Source: a bacterium | Lineage (GTDB): Bacteria > Patescibacteriota > Minisyncoccia > Phycocordibacterales > UBA5272 | Direction: 5' to 3' | Assembly: GCA_023267535.1 (NCBI GenBank) | Contig: JAHFNC010000002.1 | Coordinates: forward strand, 119,426-183,425 | DNA: 64,000 bases | Shown: piece after piece, positions 38,012 through 48,113 of the stretch | How positions within the stretch are numbered: the first letter of the stretch is position 1 | How the letters are laid out: each line of letters begins with the position of its first letter | Made by a program: the position numbers and the translations under genes | The notes under the pieces: model-generated | The model's input: only the letters and a program-made list of their open reading frames with translations | What the model was told of the DNA's origin: nothing | The model's database searches: none

Positions 38012-39823
38012 ATGACTCAATCACATAAAAGTTTAAAAGATAGACTTAGATTTATCTTAAATCATAAAAAGAAAAGTTGGGCCGCTCTGATTATTATTAT
38101 CGGCGTTGTATATCTTTATTTTTTCAAAGGTGGAACAGCACAAGTAACAACTTACCAATACACTTCGGTTAAGAGGGGCTCTATTACGTCTGTTGTTTCT
38201 GGAACTGGGCAAGTGACACCAGATAGTCAGGTTGATTTGAAGCCAAAGGTAAATGCCAATGTAATTGGGGTTTATGTGAAGTCTGGAGACAGAGTAAAAA
38301 CTGGACAAGTTTTGTTTAGACTTGATGCGACCGATGCTTACAAACAAGTACGCGACGCTAAAGCATCTTTAGAAGCAGCGCAACTTGCTCTTGAAAAATT
38401 GAAAAATCCACAGCCGATAGATGTAATGTCGGTAAATAATTCTATCAAACAAGAAGAGGACAATAAAAAAAATGAAGATACAAAAGTGGCTACAGCTTAT
38501 CAGAGTTTATTAAATTCTAATTTACAAGCTGTTCCAGATTCCACTTATAGTGTGGAAACTGCCCCAACTTTATCTGGTAGTTATTTGAAGAATCAAGAGG
38601 GAGAAATTAAAATAAATGTTTCTCAGGGGGGTCCAACAGGTTATAGTTTTAGTGCATCTGGTTTAGCTAATTGTATTGGACAAGTTAGCTCTTTGGTAGC
38701 ACAACCAATTTGTGATACTGGGCTTTATATTAAATGGAATAGTTCAGCCCCTCAAGCAGGCTGGTTAATAGATCTTCCAAATAAGCAATCTAGTAGTTAC
38801 TTATCAAACTATACTTCTTGGCAAACAGCAGTTACAAATAGGAGTATTAATAACGCAGCCTCTGATAGAAATATCGTTAGTTTGAAACAGAAGTTAGCTG
38901 ACCTAACACCGGGGGATGACAATATTGATGTTAGAAGTGCCAACCTTTCAATTGAACAAAGGCAAAATGCTTTAACCGATGCCCAGAATAATTTAGCTAA
39001 TTATGTTATCACCGCACCTTTCGATGGTTTGATGGCGAGCGTCTCGGTAGACATCGGTTCTTCGGCCGTTATGGCTTCAGCAAATAGTAGCTCAGCTTTA
39101 GGTACAATCGTTACCGATAAACAGTTGGCACAAATAACTTTAAATGAATCAGACATTGCTAAAGTTCATCTAGGACAAAGTGCTAAAGTTTCGATCGATG
39201 CTCTCGATGGTCTTTCTTTGGATGGTAATGTTGTAGAGATTACAACTTTGGGAACTGTTACCTCGGGCGTGGTTACTTACAAAGTAAAAGTAGCTTTTGC
39301 AGCTGGTGATTCACAGATTCTTCCAAACATGAGTGTTTCGGCAGACATAATTACAGATAGCAAAGATAATGTTTTGTATCTACCAAATCAAGCAGTGAAG
39401 CATGATACTAATGGTTATTATGTAGAAGAAAATTCTGCTATGGGAACTTCTTCTAGAAGATTTAATAGTGCTTCATCATCTCTATCTTTTGCCTCTAGTA
39501 CTAATTTTGCTTCATCCACACGTCCTAGAAATGGTAATGCTTCTTCCAGTTATAGAAGAGGTAGTGCTGCGACATCTAGTCCCGCTCAGACGAATGTAAT
39601 TCTAACTCGCATACCCGTAACTATAGGTACACAGAGCGACACTTTAACAGAAATTACCGGTGGGCTAAATGAGGGTGACAGAGTTGTACTCAAAAAAACA
39701 ACAACCACTGCTGCTTCAGGTGCTTCCGCTCCTTCAGTAACTTCATTGCTTCGACCACAAGGAGGAGGTGGAGCAAATAGAGCTGCAGGTGCTACTGGTG
39801 GAGCTAATTTTAGAGGGCAATAA
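38012..39823 (+). CDS. HlyD-family periplasmic adaptor (MacA-like) with a Ser/Ala/Gly-rich C-terminal tail
   Basis: N-terminal TM; VDLKPKVNANVIGVYVKSGDRVKTGQVLFRLD biotinyl/lipoyl-like hairpin; coiled coil. Confidence 0.75.
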   Translation: MTQSHKSLKDRLRFILNHKKKSWAALIIIIGVVYLYFFKGGTAQVTTYQYTSVKRGSITSVVSGTGQVTPDSQVDLKPKVNANVIGVYVKSGDRVKTGQVLFRLDATDAYKQVRDAKASLEAAQLALEKLKNPQPIDVMSVNNSIKQEEDNKKNEDTKVATAYQSLLNSNLQAVPDSTYSVETAPTLSGSYLKNQEGEIKINVSQGGPTGYSFSASGLANCIGQVSSLVAQPICDTGLYIKWNSSAPQAGWLIDLPNKQSSSYLSNYTSWQTAVTNRSINNAASDRNIVSLKQKLADLTPGDDNIDVRSANLSIEQRQNALTDAQNNLANYVITAPFDGLMASVSVDIGSSAVMASANSSSALGTIVTDKQLAQITLNESDIAKVHLGQSAKVSIDALDGLSLDGNVVEITTLGTVTSGVVTYKVKVAFAAGDSQILPNMSVSADIITDSKDNVLYLPNQAVKHDTNGYYVEENSAMGTSSRRFNSASSSLSFASSTNFASSTRPRNGNASSSYRRGSAATSSPAQTNVILTRIPVTIGTQSDTLTEITGGLNEGDRVVLKKTTTTAASGASAPSVTSLLRPQGGGGANRAAGATGGANFRGQ

Positions 39824-39824
39824 T

Positions 39825-40496
39825 ATGGATATGATTAGTTGTAAAAATCTTATAAAAGATTATGTGGAAGGAGATAATGTTACTCATGTTTTAAAAAAGG
39901 TTTCTTTTGAAGTTAAAAAAGGAGAGTTCGTAGCAGTTATGGGTCCATCTGGTTCTGGGAAATCTACAATTATGAATATACTTGGTCTGCTTGACGAACC
40001 AACCAGTGGAACTTATTTATTAAATGATAAAGATGTTTCCAAGTTGTCTGATGATCAACAAGCTGATATTCGGGCTGAGAAAATCGGATTTGTGTTTCAG
40101 TCTTTCAATCTATTACCTCGTACTACTGTCCTTAGAAATGTTATGTTACCTCTTACCTATTTAAATTTAACAGTGAAAGACAGAGAAGAAAGAGCAAAGA
40201 GGGCTTTACTTTCGGTCGGGTTTCCAGAAGATAGATGGAATAATATGTCTAATCAATTATCTGGTGGGCAAATACAGCGTGTGGCTATTGCTCGTGCGCT
40301 AGTAAATGACCCTAGTATTATTTTGGCCGATGAACCAACTGGAAACCTTGATACTAAGACTGGAGAAATAGTTTTGGCAACATTTGAAAAACTAAATAAA
40401 GAAGAAGGTCGAACAATTGTACTTATTACTCATGAGCAAGATGTGGCCAATCACGCTGATCGTATTATTCATGTTCGTGATGGAAATATAATTTAA
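39825..40496 (+). CDS. ABC transporter ATP-binding protein (MacB/LolD/FtsE-type)
   Basis: Walker [10 protein letters not shown]; signature [15 protein letters not shown]; Walker [12 protein letters not shown]. Confidence 0.85.
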   Translation: MDMISCKNLIKDYVEGDNVTHVLKKVSFEVKKGEFVAVMGPSGSGKSTIMNILGLLDEPTSGTYLLNDKDVSKLSDDQQADIRAEKIGFVFQSFNLLPRTTVLRNVMLPLTYLNLTVKDREERAKRALLSVGFPEDRWNNMSNQLSGGQIQRVAIARALVNDPSIILADEPTGNLDTKTGEIVLATFEKLNKEEGRTIVLITHEQDVANHADRIIHVRDGNII

Positions 40497-40499
40497 TTT

Positions 40500-41729
40500 A
40501 TGACTATTAAAGATTTAATTGAAGAAACATCTACCGCTATTATTGCAAACCCAGCTAGAACTGGATTAACAGTTTTGGGTATTGTGATTGGTATTGCCTC
40601 TGTAATAGTCATGCTTGCTATTGGTAACGGAGCTCAGGCTTCTATTTCTTCTAGTATAAATGCACTGGGCTCAAATATTTTAACTATCAGTGGTGGAGGC
40701 GGTGGAGGAGGAAATAGAATAGGAGGAGTAAGTCAGGGTAGATCAAACCAACAAACACTCACGCTAGATGACGCAACTGCAATTAAAGAAAGCGTAGCGC
40801 TTGTAAAAGATGTTTCTCCAGAGTTGAGTTCTCGTTCTCAAGTCATTGCAGAAGGGAATAATACGAACACTACAATAGTTGGAGTCGCTCCCGAATATGC
40901 TTCAGCTCATTCCGTGATAGTGGATGATGGTGATTTTATAAGTGATACCCAATATAAAAGTTCAGCGCGCGTTGCCTTACTTGGGCCAACAACAAGAGAT
41001 GATCTTTTTGGCACAGGAACAGAATCTGTTGGCAAAGAAATTAAAATCAACGGAGCAAAATTTACCGTTATTGGGGTTACAAAGTCAAAAGGAGGAACTG
41101 GTTTTGGAAATTTAGATGACAGAGTTTTTATACCGCTAACAACAGCCCAAAGATATGTTTCTGGAGGGCAGTATCTTAGTAGTATTGCTGTAACTACACA
41201 GAATCAGTCAGACTTAACTCAATTGCAATCAGATATAACAGACTTACTGTTAACTAGACACAATAAAAAATCTGTAGCCGAGGCTGACTTTAATATTCTT
41301 AATCAAGCCGATTTAGCCGCAACTGCAAACTCTATTACATCTATATTTACTATGCTTTTATCGTCAGTGGCCGGCATATCTTTACTTGTTGGTGGTATTG
41401 GAATTATGAATATGATGTTAACAAATGTAAGAGAAAGAACTAGAGAGATTGGTTTGCGTAAAGCTATAGGTGCTAGAAGAAGTGATATTAGTAATCAATT
41501 TTTAGCAGAATCAATCGTGGTCACTATTATTGGCGGAGTCATTGGTGTAATTCTTGGTTTGTCAGTATCTTTTGCTATTACTTATTTTGGTATATTACAA
41601 ACCCAAGTTACTTTAACACCAATCCTTCTAGCTTTCGGGGTGTCAGCTTTTATTGGAATTGTTTTTGGCTACTACCCAGCCAAAAAGGCGTCGGAATTAA
41701 ATCCGATTGAGGCCTTAAGATACGAATAA
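40500..41729 (+). CDS. ABC transporter permease (FtsX/MacB-like)
   Basis: N-terminal TM, large extracytoplasmic domain, C-terminal 3-TM FtsX-type bundle; follows the ATPase gene. Confidence 0.8.
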   Translation: MTIKDLIEETSTAIIANPARTGLTVLGIVIGIASVIVMLAIGNGAQASISSSINALGSNILTISGGGGGGGNRIGGVSQGRSNQQTLTLDDATAIKESVALVKDVSPELSSRSQVIAEGNNTNTTIVGVAPEYASAHSVIVDDGDFISDTQYKSSARVALLGPTTRDDLFGTGTESVGKEIKINGAKFTVIGVTKSKGGTGFGNLDDRVFIPLTTAQRYVSGGQYLSSIAVTTQNQSDLTQLQSDITDLLLTRHNKKSVAEADFNILNQADLAATANSITSIFTMLLSSVAGISLLVGGIGIMNMMLTNVRERTREIGLRKAIGARRSDISNQFLAESIVVTIIGGVIGVILGLSVSFAITYFGILQTQVTLTPILLAFGVSAFIGIVFGYYPAKKASELNPIEALRYE

Positions 41730-41827
41730 GAAACTAAGAAGCAAGAAACATGGATTAAGAAGATGGGTGCGACCGAAGGTCACACCCATTCTTGCTTCTT
41801 TATCCTTTATCCATTATTCTTATTTAT

Positions 41828-42211
41828 ATGTCTACAATTTTTTCTAAAATAATAGCTGGAGAAATTCCAAGTTATAAAATTTATGAGGATGAATATGTTT
41901 TTGCTTTTTTAGATATTAATCCAGTTCAAATGGGTCACACTTTACTTGTTCCTAAAAAAGAAGTTGATTATCTTTTTGATTTAGATCAAGAAACTTACGC
42001 TAGAGTTATGGAGAGAGTTCAATTTGTGGAAGAAATTTTACGAGTAAAATTAAGATCAAAAAGAGTTGGGTTGGTTGTTGATGGATATTTAATTCCTCAT
42101 GCTCACATTCATTTAATTCCCACCAATGGTCCACACGAGATAAATGAAAATCTTGCCAAGCCGGCAAGTAAGGAAGAACTGGAAAGAGTTCATAAGCTTA
42201 TAACAGGATAG
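41828..42211 (+). CDS. HIT-family (histidine triad) protein
   Basis: HAHIHLIP histidine triad; N-terminus IIAGEIPSYKIYEDEYVFAFLDINP. Confidence 0.75.
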   Translation: MSTIFSKIIAGEIPSYKIYEDEYVFAFLDINPVQMGHTLLVPKKEVDYLFDLDQETYARVMERVQFVEEILRVKLRSKRVGLVVDGYLIPHAHIHLIPTNGPHEINENLAKPASKEELERVHKLITG

Positions 42212-42230
42212 GTTTTGTTATAATATATTT

Positions 42231-42572
42231 ATGCTTCACATAGTTATTCGCACCATTGCTATAATAGTCACTAGTTATATAACAAAAGTTGGTGTTGTTC
42301 CAGTTACTTTTTCTGTTAAGACTTTTTTCGTAGCTTTTTTGGTTGCAGTTACTTTGGCCATAATCAATCACACCATTAAACCAATTATAAAAATAATATC
42401 TATTCCAATAAATGTTATAACGCTCGGTGCTTTTTCTTTGGTAATAAATGGACTAACTATAGTAATCGCAAGTAGAATCGTAACTGATTTTTATATTCCA
42501 TCTCTGCTTATGGCGATTTGGTTTTCCGTAGTTTTGACAATAGTTAATTTTATTCTTCACGTTGCAGAATAA
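42231..42572 (+). CDS. YvlD/phage-holin-4-like family membrane protein
   Basis: 113 aa, 3-4 TM, pattern typical of the PF04020 family. Confidence 0.5.
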   Translation: MLHIVIRTIAIIVTSYITKVGVVPVTFSVKTFFVAFLVAVTLAIINHTIKPIIKIISIPINVITLGAFSLVINGLTIVIASRIVTDFYIPSLLMAIWFSVVLTIVNFILHVAE

Positions 42573-42622
42573 TTTTTTATTTTTTAATCACTAATTAAAT
42601 CGTGTTATAATGACAATTCGTT

Positions 42623-43015
42623 ATGAAATCTCTTGAAGACATTGCAATATCGTTTACCAAATGGATTGGATCCGTCGGGTCTCTTATTGTGCACACAGTT
42701 CTTTTTATTTGTGCCTTTGTATTAGTTCTTCTTGGTGGGAAGATGGATACCGTATTTCTTGTTCTTACAACAATTGTTTCTCTAGAAGCAATCTATCTTT
42801 CTATATTTATTCAAATGAGCGTCAACAGAAATTCTCAAGCTATTGCTAACGTTGAAAAAGATATTGATGAAATTCAAGAGGACGTTGAGGAGATTGCCGA
42901 GGACGTTGAAGAAATTGCTGAAGATGTGGAGGATATCCAAGAGGCTCACGAAGAGATTCAGGAAGACATTGAAGAGATTCAAGAGGACTTGAAAGAAGGG
43001 GATAAAAAAGAATAA
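42623..43015 (+). CDS. DUF1003-like membrane protein with an acidic EDVEEIAEDVEEI repeat tail
   Basis: 2 TM, then ...IQMSVNRNSQ..., then EDxEEI repeats. Confidence 0.5.
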   Translation: MKSLEDIAISFTKWIGSVGSLIVHTVLFICAFVLVLLGGKMDTVFLVLTTIVSLEAIYLSIFIQMSVNRNSQAIANVEKDIDEIQEDVEEIAEDVEEIAEDVEDIQEAHEEIQEDIEEIQEDLKEGDKKE

Positions 43016-43066
43016 ATCAACTTTGCGTTTTTATTTGTTTTCATATAAAGTTAAAATATAAAAATC

Positions 43067-45481
43067 ATGGCTTCATACAACCACAAAGAAATAGAAAAGA
43101 AATGGCAAGAGAGATGGGACAAGGAAAATCCATACAAAACAAATATAAATAGCGATAAGAAAAAAACTTATCTATTGGTTGAGTTTCCTTATCCGTCAGG
43201 AGCAGGATTACACGTAGGACATGTTAGAAGTTATACCGCTATGGACGTTGTAGCTAGGAAACGACGTCGTGAAGGGTATGAAGTTTTATTTCCGATTGGA
43301 TGGGATGCTTTCGGGTTACCAGCAGAAAATTATGCTATTAAAACAGGAATACATCCATCTATCACAACCAGAGAAAATATTTCTACTTTTCGAAGTCAGT
43401 TAAAAGCTTGTGGTTTTTCTTTTGATTTCGAAAGAGAGGTTGATACTACAGACCCTAAGTATTACAAATGGACACAGTGGATATTTTTGAAGCTTTATGA
43501 AAAAGGTCTGGCTTACAAAAAGAACATGCCGGTAAACTGGTGTCCAAATGACAAGTGTGTTTTAGCTAACGAAGAAGTCCTTGATGGAAAATGTGAGAGA
43601 TGTGGAGCAGAAGTTGAAAAGAAAGACAAAGAGCAATGGATGTTGGCAATTACAAAATACGCCGAAAGACTAGATAAAGATTTAGACGAGACACAATTTT
43701 TAGATAAAATAAAAATCCAACAAAGAAATTGGATTGGAATTTCCGAAGGATCAGAAATTGATTTTAAATTAACAATCGGAGACAGTTTTACAATTTTTAC
43801 AACCAGAGCCGACACATTGTTTGGTTGCACTTATTGTGTCTTTGCCCCAGAACATCCACTTGTTTCTAAATTAATAGCAGAAAATAAAATAACAAATACT
43901 CTTGAAGTTAAAAAATATGTAGTTGAAGCTAGACAAAAGTTAGATATAGACAGATCAGCTGAAGGAAAAGAAAAAACAGGAGTCAAGCTAGAAGGAATAA
44001 TGGCTATCAATCCAGTTAACAAAAAAGAGATACCAGTTTTTATTGCTGATTATGTTTTACCAAACTATGGAACGGGAGCGATTATGGCCGTTCCAGCTCA
44101 CGACGAACGCGATTATGAATTTGCTAAGAAATATAATTTAGAAATAATTAAGGTTATCGATGATGGAACAGAAGGTGATTATAATGTTGGTTATGGTAAA
44201 TTAATAAACTCTGAAAATTTTTCGGGGAGTAGTTCAGAAGAAGCCAAAACAAAAATCACAGAAACACTTCACGGAAGAGTTGTGAAGAAATCAAAACTTC
44301 GTGATTGGGTTTTTGCTCGCCAAAGATATTGGGGAGAACCAATACCAATTGTTTATGATGAGACAGGAAAAATGTATCCAGTGTCTGCGACTAATCTTCC
44401 GATAACTCTACCAAATGTAGAAAAGTATGAACCAACAGACAACGGCGAGTCTCCACTTCATCAAGTTGCTGACTGGGTAAATGTAAAAGGAAAAATTGAT
44501 AATGATGGACATTTTTATTCATCAGATGAAAGTGATGCTAAAAATTTTAAAAGAGAAACAGATACTATGCCTCAATGGGCCGGCTCGTCTTGGTATTTTA
44601 TAAGATACATTGATAACTTAAACGATAGTGCTCTGGGCAATGAATCCTTACTTAAAAAATGGCTTCCAGTTGATTGGTATAACGGAGGAATGGAACACAC
44701 CACTCTTCACCTCTTATATTCTCGTTTTTGGTATAAGTTTTTATTTGATATCGGAGTCGTTCCTACTAGTGAGCCATATTTCAGAAGAACTTCACAAGGA
44801 ATGATTTTAGGTAAAGGAGGGGTTAAGATGAGTAAGAGTTTGGGTAATGTTATTAATCCTGATGAGATTGTAGAAAAAGATGGGGCGGATGTTCTTCGTC
44901 TTTACGAAATGTTTATCGGACCTTTTGATCAAGCGGTAGCTTGGGATGACAAAGCTATAATTGGAGTTAGAAGATTTTTAGAAAAAGTTGATTCACTTTC
45001 TAATAAAGTAGTAGAGGGTGATGAAGTGGAATCAATAACTCACAAAACTATTAAACAAATTGGAGAACAAATTGAAAGTATGAGTTTCAATACTTGTATA
45101 TCACAGCTAATGATTTGTGCCAATGATTATGAAAAAAGAGAAAAAATCTCAAAGAAAGAATTTACAATGTTCGTTCAGGCCATGTCTCCGTTTGCTCCGT
45201 TTCTAGGAGAAGAACTTTGGGAAAAACTTGGTATGAGCGGTTCGGTTCACATAAGTGAGTGGCCAAAATATGACGAAAATAAACTAACAGGGGACGAAGT
45301 CACCATCGCTTTTCAAGTAAATGGAAAATTAAGAGGGACTTTTGTAATCGCAACCAATTCTAGTGATGAAGATATAAAAACACTTGCCAAAAGCTTAGAT
45401 TCTTATAAAAAATATATCGGGGATTTAGTTCCAAAAAAGGAGATTGTAATCAAAAACAAGTTAATAAATGTCGTTATTTGA
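43067..45481 (+). CDS. leuS: Leucyl-tRNA synthetase
   Basis: HIGH motif HVGHVRSY; KMSKS; CP1 editing domain; 804 aa. Confidence 0.9.
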   Translation: MASYNHKEIEKKWQERWDKENPYKTNINSDKKKTYLLVEFPYPSGAGLHVGHVRSYTAMDVVARKRRREGYEVLFPIGWDAFGLPAENYAIKTGIHPSITTRENISTFRSQLKACGFSFDFEREVDTTDPKYYKWTQWIFLKLYEKGLAYKKNMPVNWCPNDKCVLANEEVLDGKCERCGAEVEKKDKEQWMLAITKYAERLDKDLDETQFLDKIKIQQRNWIGISEGSEIDFKLTIGDSFTIFTTRADTLFGCTYCVFAPEHPLVSKLIAENKITNTLEVKKYVVEARQKLDIDRSAEGKEKTGVKLEGIMAINPVNKKEIPVFIADYVLPNYGTGAIMAVPAHDERDYEFAKKYNLEIIKVIDDGTEGDYNVGYGKLINSENFSGSSSEEAKTKITETLHGRVVKKSKLRDWVFARQRYWGEPIPIVYDETGKMYPVSATNLPITLPNVEKYEPTDNGESPLHQVADWVNVKGKIDNDGHFYSSDESDAKNFKRETDTMPQWAGSSWYFIRYIDNLNDSALGNESLLKKWLPVDWYNGGMEHTTLHLLYSRFWYKFLFDIGVVPTSEPYFRRTSQGMILGKGGVKMSKSLGNVINPDEIVEKDGADVLRLYEMFIGPFDQAVAWDDKAIIGVRRFLEKVDSLSNKVVEGDEVESITHKTIKQIGEQIESMSFNTCISQLMICANDYEKREKISKKEFTMFVQAMSPFAPFLGEELWEKLGMSGSVHISEWPKYDENKLTGDEVTIAFQVNGKLRGTFVIATNSSDEDIKTLAKSLDSYKKYIGDLVPKKEIVIKNKLINVVI

Positions 45482-45505
45482 CGCTTTTACGAAAATATAG
45501 TAGTA

Positions 45506-46558
45506 TTGATTAATATTATACATATGTCAGGAATAACCTTTAAACCAAAAGCCGTATCGAAGAAATTACTTGGTGCACTTAACCCAAGAACAAGAGAGAT
45601 TATTGTTAATCGCTATGGACTAGATAGCGGTAAAAGAATGACCCTTGAAGCTATTGGAAAGAATTATGACATTACTCGTGAGAGAGTTAGACAAATAGAA
45701 AATTTTGCACTAGCCACAATCAAGAAGTCAAAAGAGTACAAGGAACACTCTTTCGTTTTTGATGAACTAAGAAAGATAGTAGGAGAATTAGGAGCGGTTG
45801 TTTCTGAAGATCATCTAATGAAAATTATTTCAAAGGATCCAGTTATTCAAAATCATATCAATCTATATCTTGCTCTAGGAGATGGTTTTACCAAGCATAA
45901 GGAAAATGACAACTTTCATCATCATTGGACAATTGATAACAAAATGGCACTTCATGTTCAGGACGCTATAACTAAACTTTATTCTTCAATAAAAGAAGAA
46001 GATTTAATAAAAGAAGAAGAAATCTTTAATAGATTTATGACCCATCTAACAGAAGTTGAGGATGAGTATAAAAACAACAGAGAAATAATTTACAGGTATT
46101 TAACACTTTCTAAACTTATTGGAAAGAATCAATTAAATGAATGGGGAAGAATGTCATCTTCACATATCAAGGCTCGTGGAATAAAAGATTACGCATATTT
46201 AATAATGAGAAGAAAAGGATCTCCTATGCACTTCAAAGAAGTAGCTTCAGAAATAAATAAAACTTTTGATAAAAAAGCTCACACTGCAACTTGCCATAAT
46301 GAACTTATAAAGGATCCAAGATTTGTTTTAGTTGGTCGTGGTATGTACGGTCTTAAGGAATGGGGTCACACAGGAGGAGTAGTAAGAGATGTTATCGCTA
46401 CAGTTCTCAAAGAAGAAAAAAGACCACTATCCAAAGATGAAATTATCAAACTAGTTTTATCAAAGAGAATAGTTAAACCAAACACAATTATCGTCAATCT
46501 TCAGAATTCAAAATTCTTTAAGAAAGACAAGGAGAGTAGATATTCATTCATAGGTTAG
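45506..46558 (+). CDS. Protein with an N-terminal sigma-70 region-4-like HTH and a C-terminal HARE-HTH-like winged helix
   Basis: N-terminus REIIVNRYGLDSGKRMTLEAIGKNYDITRERVRQIENFAL; C-terminus SPMHFKEVASEINKTF...KDPRFVLVGRGMYGLKEWG matches the HARE-HTH pattern. Confidence 0.5.
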   Translation: MINIIHMSGITFKPKAVSKKLLGALNPRTREIIVNRYGLDSGKRMTLEAIGKNYDITRERVRQIENFALATIKKSKEYKEHSFVFDELRKIVGELGAVVSEDHLMKIISKDPVIQNHINLYLALGDGFTKHKENDNFHHHWTIDNKMALHVQDAITKLYSSIKEEDLIKEEEIFNRFMTHLTEVEDEYKNNREIIYRYLTLSKLIGKNQLNEWGRMSSSHIKARGIKDYAYLIMRRKGSPMHFKEVASEINKTFDKKAHTATCHNELIKDPRFVLVGRGMYGLKEWGHTGGVVRDVIATVLKEEKRPLSKDEIIKLVLSKRIVKPNTIIVNLQNSKFFKKDKESRYSFIG

Positions 46559-46623
46559 TTAAAAACGAAGTGAAATTCACTTCGTTTTTAATTTGTGTCT
46601 TTAAATTGTGATATAATTTTATA

Positions 46624-48111
46624 ATGCAGTTTTTCGTTGATATCATATTACTTTTGGTCTACGCAATACCTGTTTTATATATGTGTGCTTTGCTTTGGAG
46701 ATTTTGGATGCTTTATATAAATCAAAAAGCGGTAAACAAGGTGAACAAAGACACCATAATGCTTGAGATTAAACTTCCTCGCGAAATAGACAAATCTCCA
46801 TTTGCTATGGAAATTACCTCTAGAGCTTTTTTACAAGGAGGAGGAATAGGAACTTGGTATCATAGGCAATGGCTTGGTAATTTGCCGATGCAATTTTCTT
46901 TAGAAATTGCTTCCCTCGAAGGAATCGTACACTTTTATATAAGAACACAAAAGAAATTTAAATCTCTTATTGAGTCCAATATATACGCTCAATATCCGGG
47001 TGTAGAAATAGTTGAAGCCGATGACTATACAAAACTAATTAGATATCATCACCTTTCTAAAGATGTTAAATTATGGGGGGCTGCTTTTGTTTTAGGTGCA
47101 AAAAGAAAAGTTGGATTTGATAAAAAAGGAAAAGATTATGAAATGGTAGCCGATTACATTCCTTTAAAAACTTATATTGATTATGGTTTCGATAAAGACC
47201 CAAAAGAGCAATACAAAAATGATCCAATCACTCCACTTCTTGAATTTATGGGATCCGTGGGTAAAGGAGAATATGTTTGGTATCAAATCATCATTCAAGA
47301 CGAAGCTGCTTTCAATGATAAGAAATTTCCAAAATATTATTTCGATAAAGTATTAGGTAAAAGATTGGGGCTTGCTGACTTGGCTGATATGAGAAAGAAA
47401 TTTATAAGAAAATATAAAAAAATTAAAGAAGGCTCTTTAGCTTTTGATCAATTTGGTAATCCTATTCAAAAAACCGTAAGAGGGAGTGATGACAAAGTTG
47501 AATTACAACCAGTGACTTACGCTGACGACAGAGAAACTCAATTGAAAGAAGTTGATTTAACTCCTGAAGAAAAAGATGAAATAGAGCTCATCAATCGTAA
47601 ACTATCAAAACCATTAGCGAAAGTAATTTTAAGGTTAGTTTATCTTGCCAGAGATGACATGAAAGCTTTTAAACCAGATAGAATACAAAATGTTCTAAAT
47701 ATATTAAGACCTTTCCATGGTGTAAATAGTTTTATTCCTAAGCCGTCGGATGGTTACGATTATCCATGGCAAGATTTTATGAAGCGTCGTGTTCCATGGA
47801 GAGGTGAAGAAATGTATGATGAATACGTTCAAAGAGATGGTTTTACTCCATACGCCTCAAAAAGAGATGGTTTAGATAAATTTGAAGATGTTTTCTTTTG
47901 GGGTTTTCCTATGAGAACAAGAAGACTCTGGAGAACATTTTTTGAAACAGTAGCTCATCCATTTTCTTATCCACAGTCAGATTTAGTTTTCACCTTAAAT
48001 GTAGAGGAATTAGCTACCATGTATCACTTCCCAGGACAAACCGCCAACATCCCAACTCTTCCAAGAATTGATAGCACCAAGGGTGTGGCCCCATTTAATT
48101 TACCTCAATAA
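46624..48111 (+). CDS. Hypothetical 495 aa protein with a single N-terminal TM
   Basis: ORF only; no recognised motif. Confidence 0.4.
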   Translation: MQFFVDIILLLVYAIPVLYMCALLWRFWMLYINQKAVNKVNKDTIMLEIKLPREIDKSPFAMEITSRAFLQGGGIGTWYHRQWLGNLPMQFSLEIASLEGIVHFYIRTQKKFKSLIESNIYAQYPGVEIVEADDYTKLIRYHHLSKDVKLWGAAFVLGAKRKVGFDKKGKDYEMVADYIPLKTYIDYGFDKDPKEQYKNDPITPLLEFMGSVGKGEYVWYQIIIQDEAAFNDKKFPKYYFDKVLGKRLGLADLADMRKKFIRKYKKIKEGSLAFDQFGNPIQKTVRGSDDKVELQPVTYADDRETQLKEVDLTPEEKDEIELINRKLSKPLAKVILRLVYLARDDMKAFKPDRIQNVLNILRPFHGVNSFIPKPSDGYDYPWQDFMKRRVPWRGEEMYDEYVQRDGFTPYASKRDGLDKFEDVFFWGFPMRTRRLWRTFFETVAHPFSYPQSDLVFTLNVEELATMYHFPGQTANIPTLPRIDSTKGVAPFNLPQ

Positions 48112-48113
48112 AT

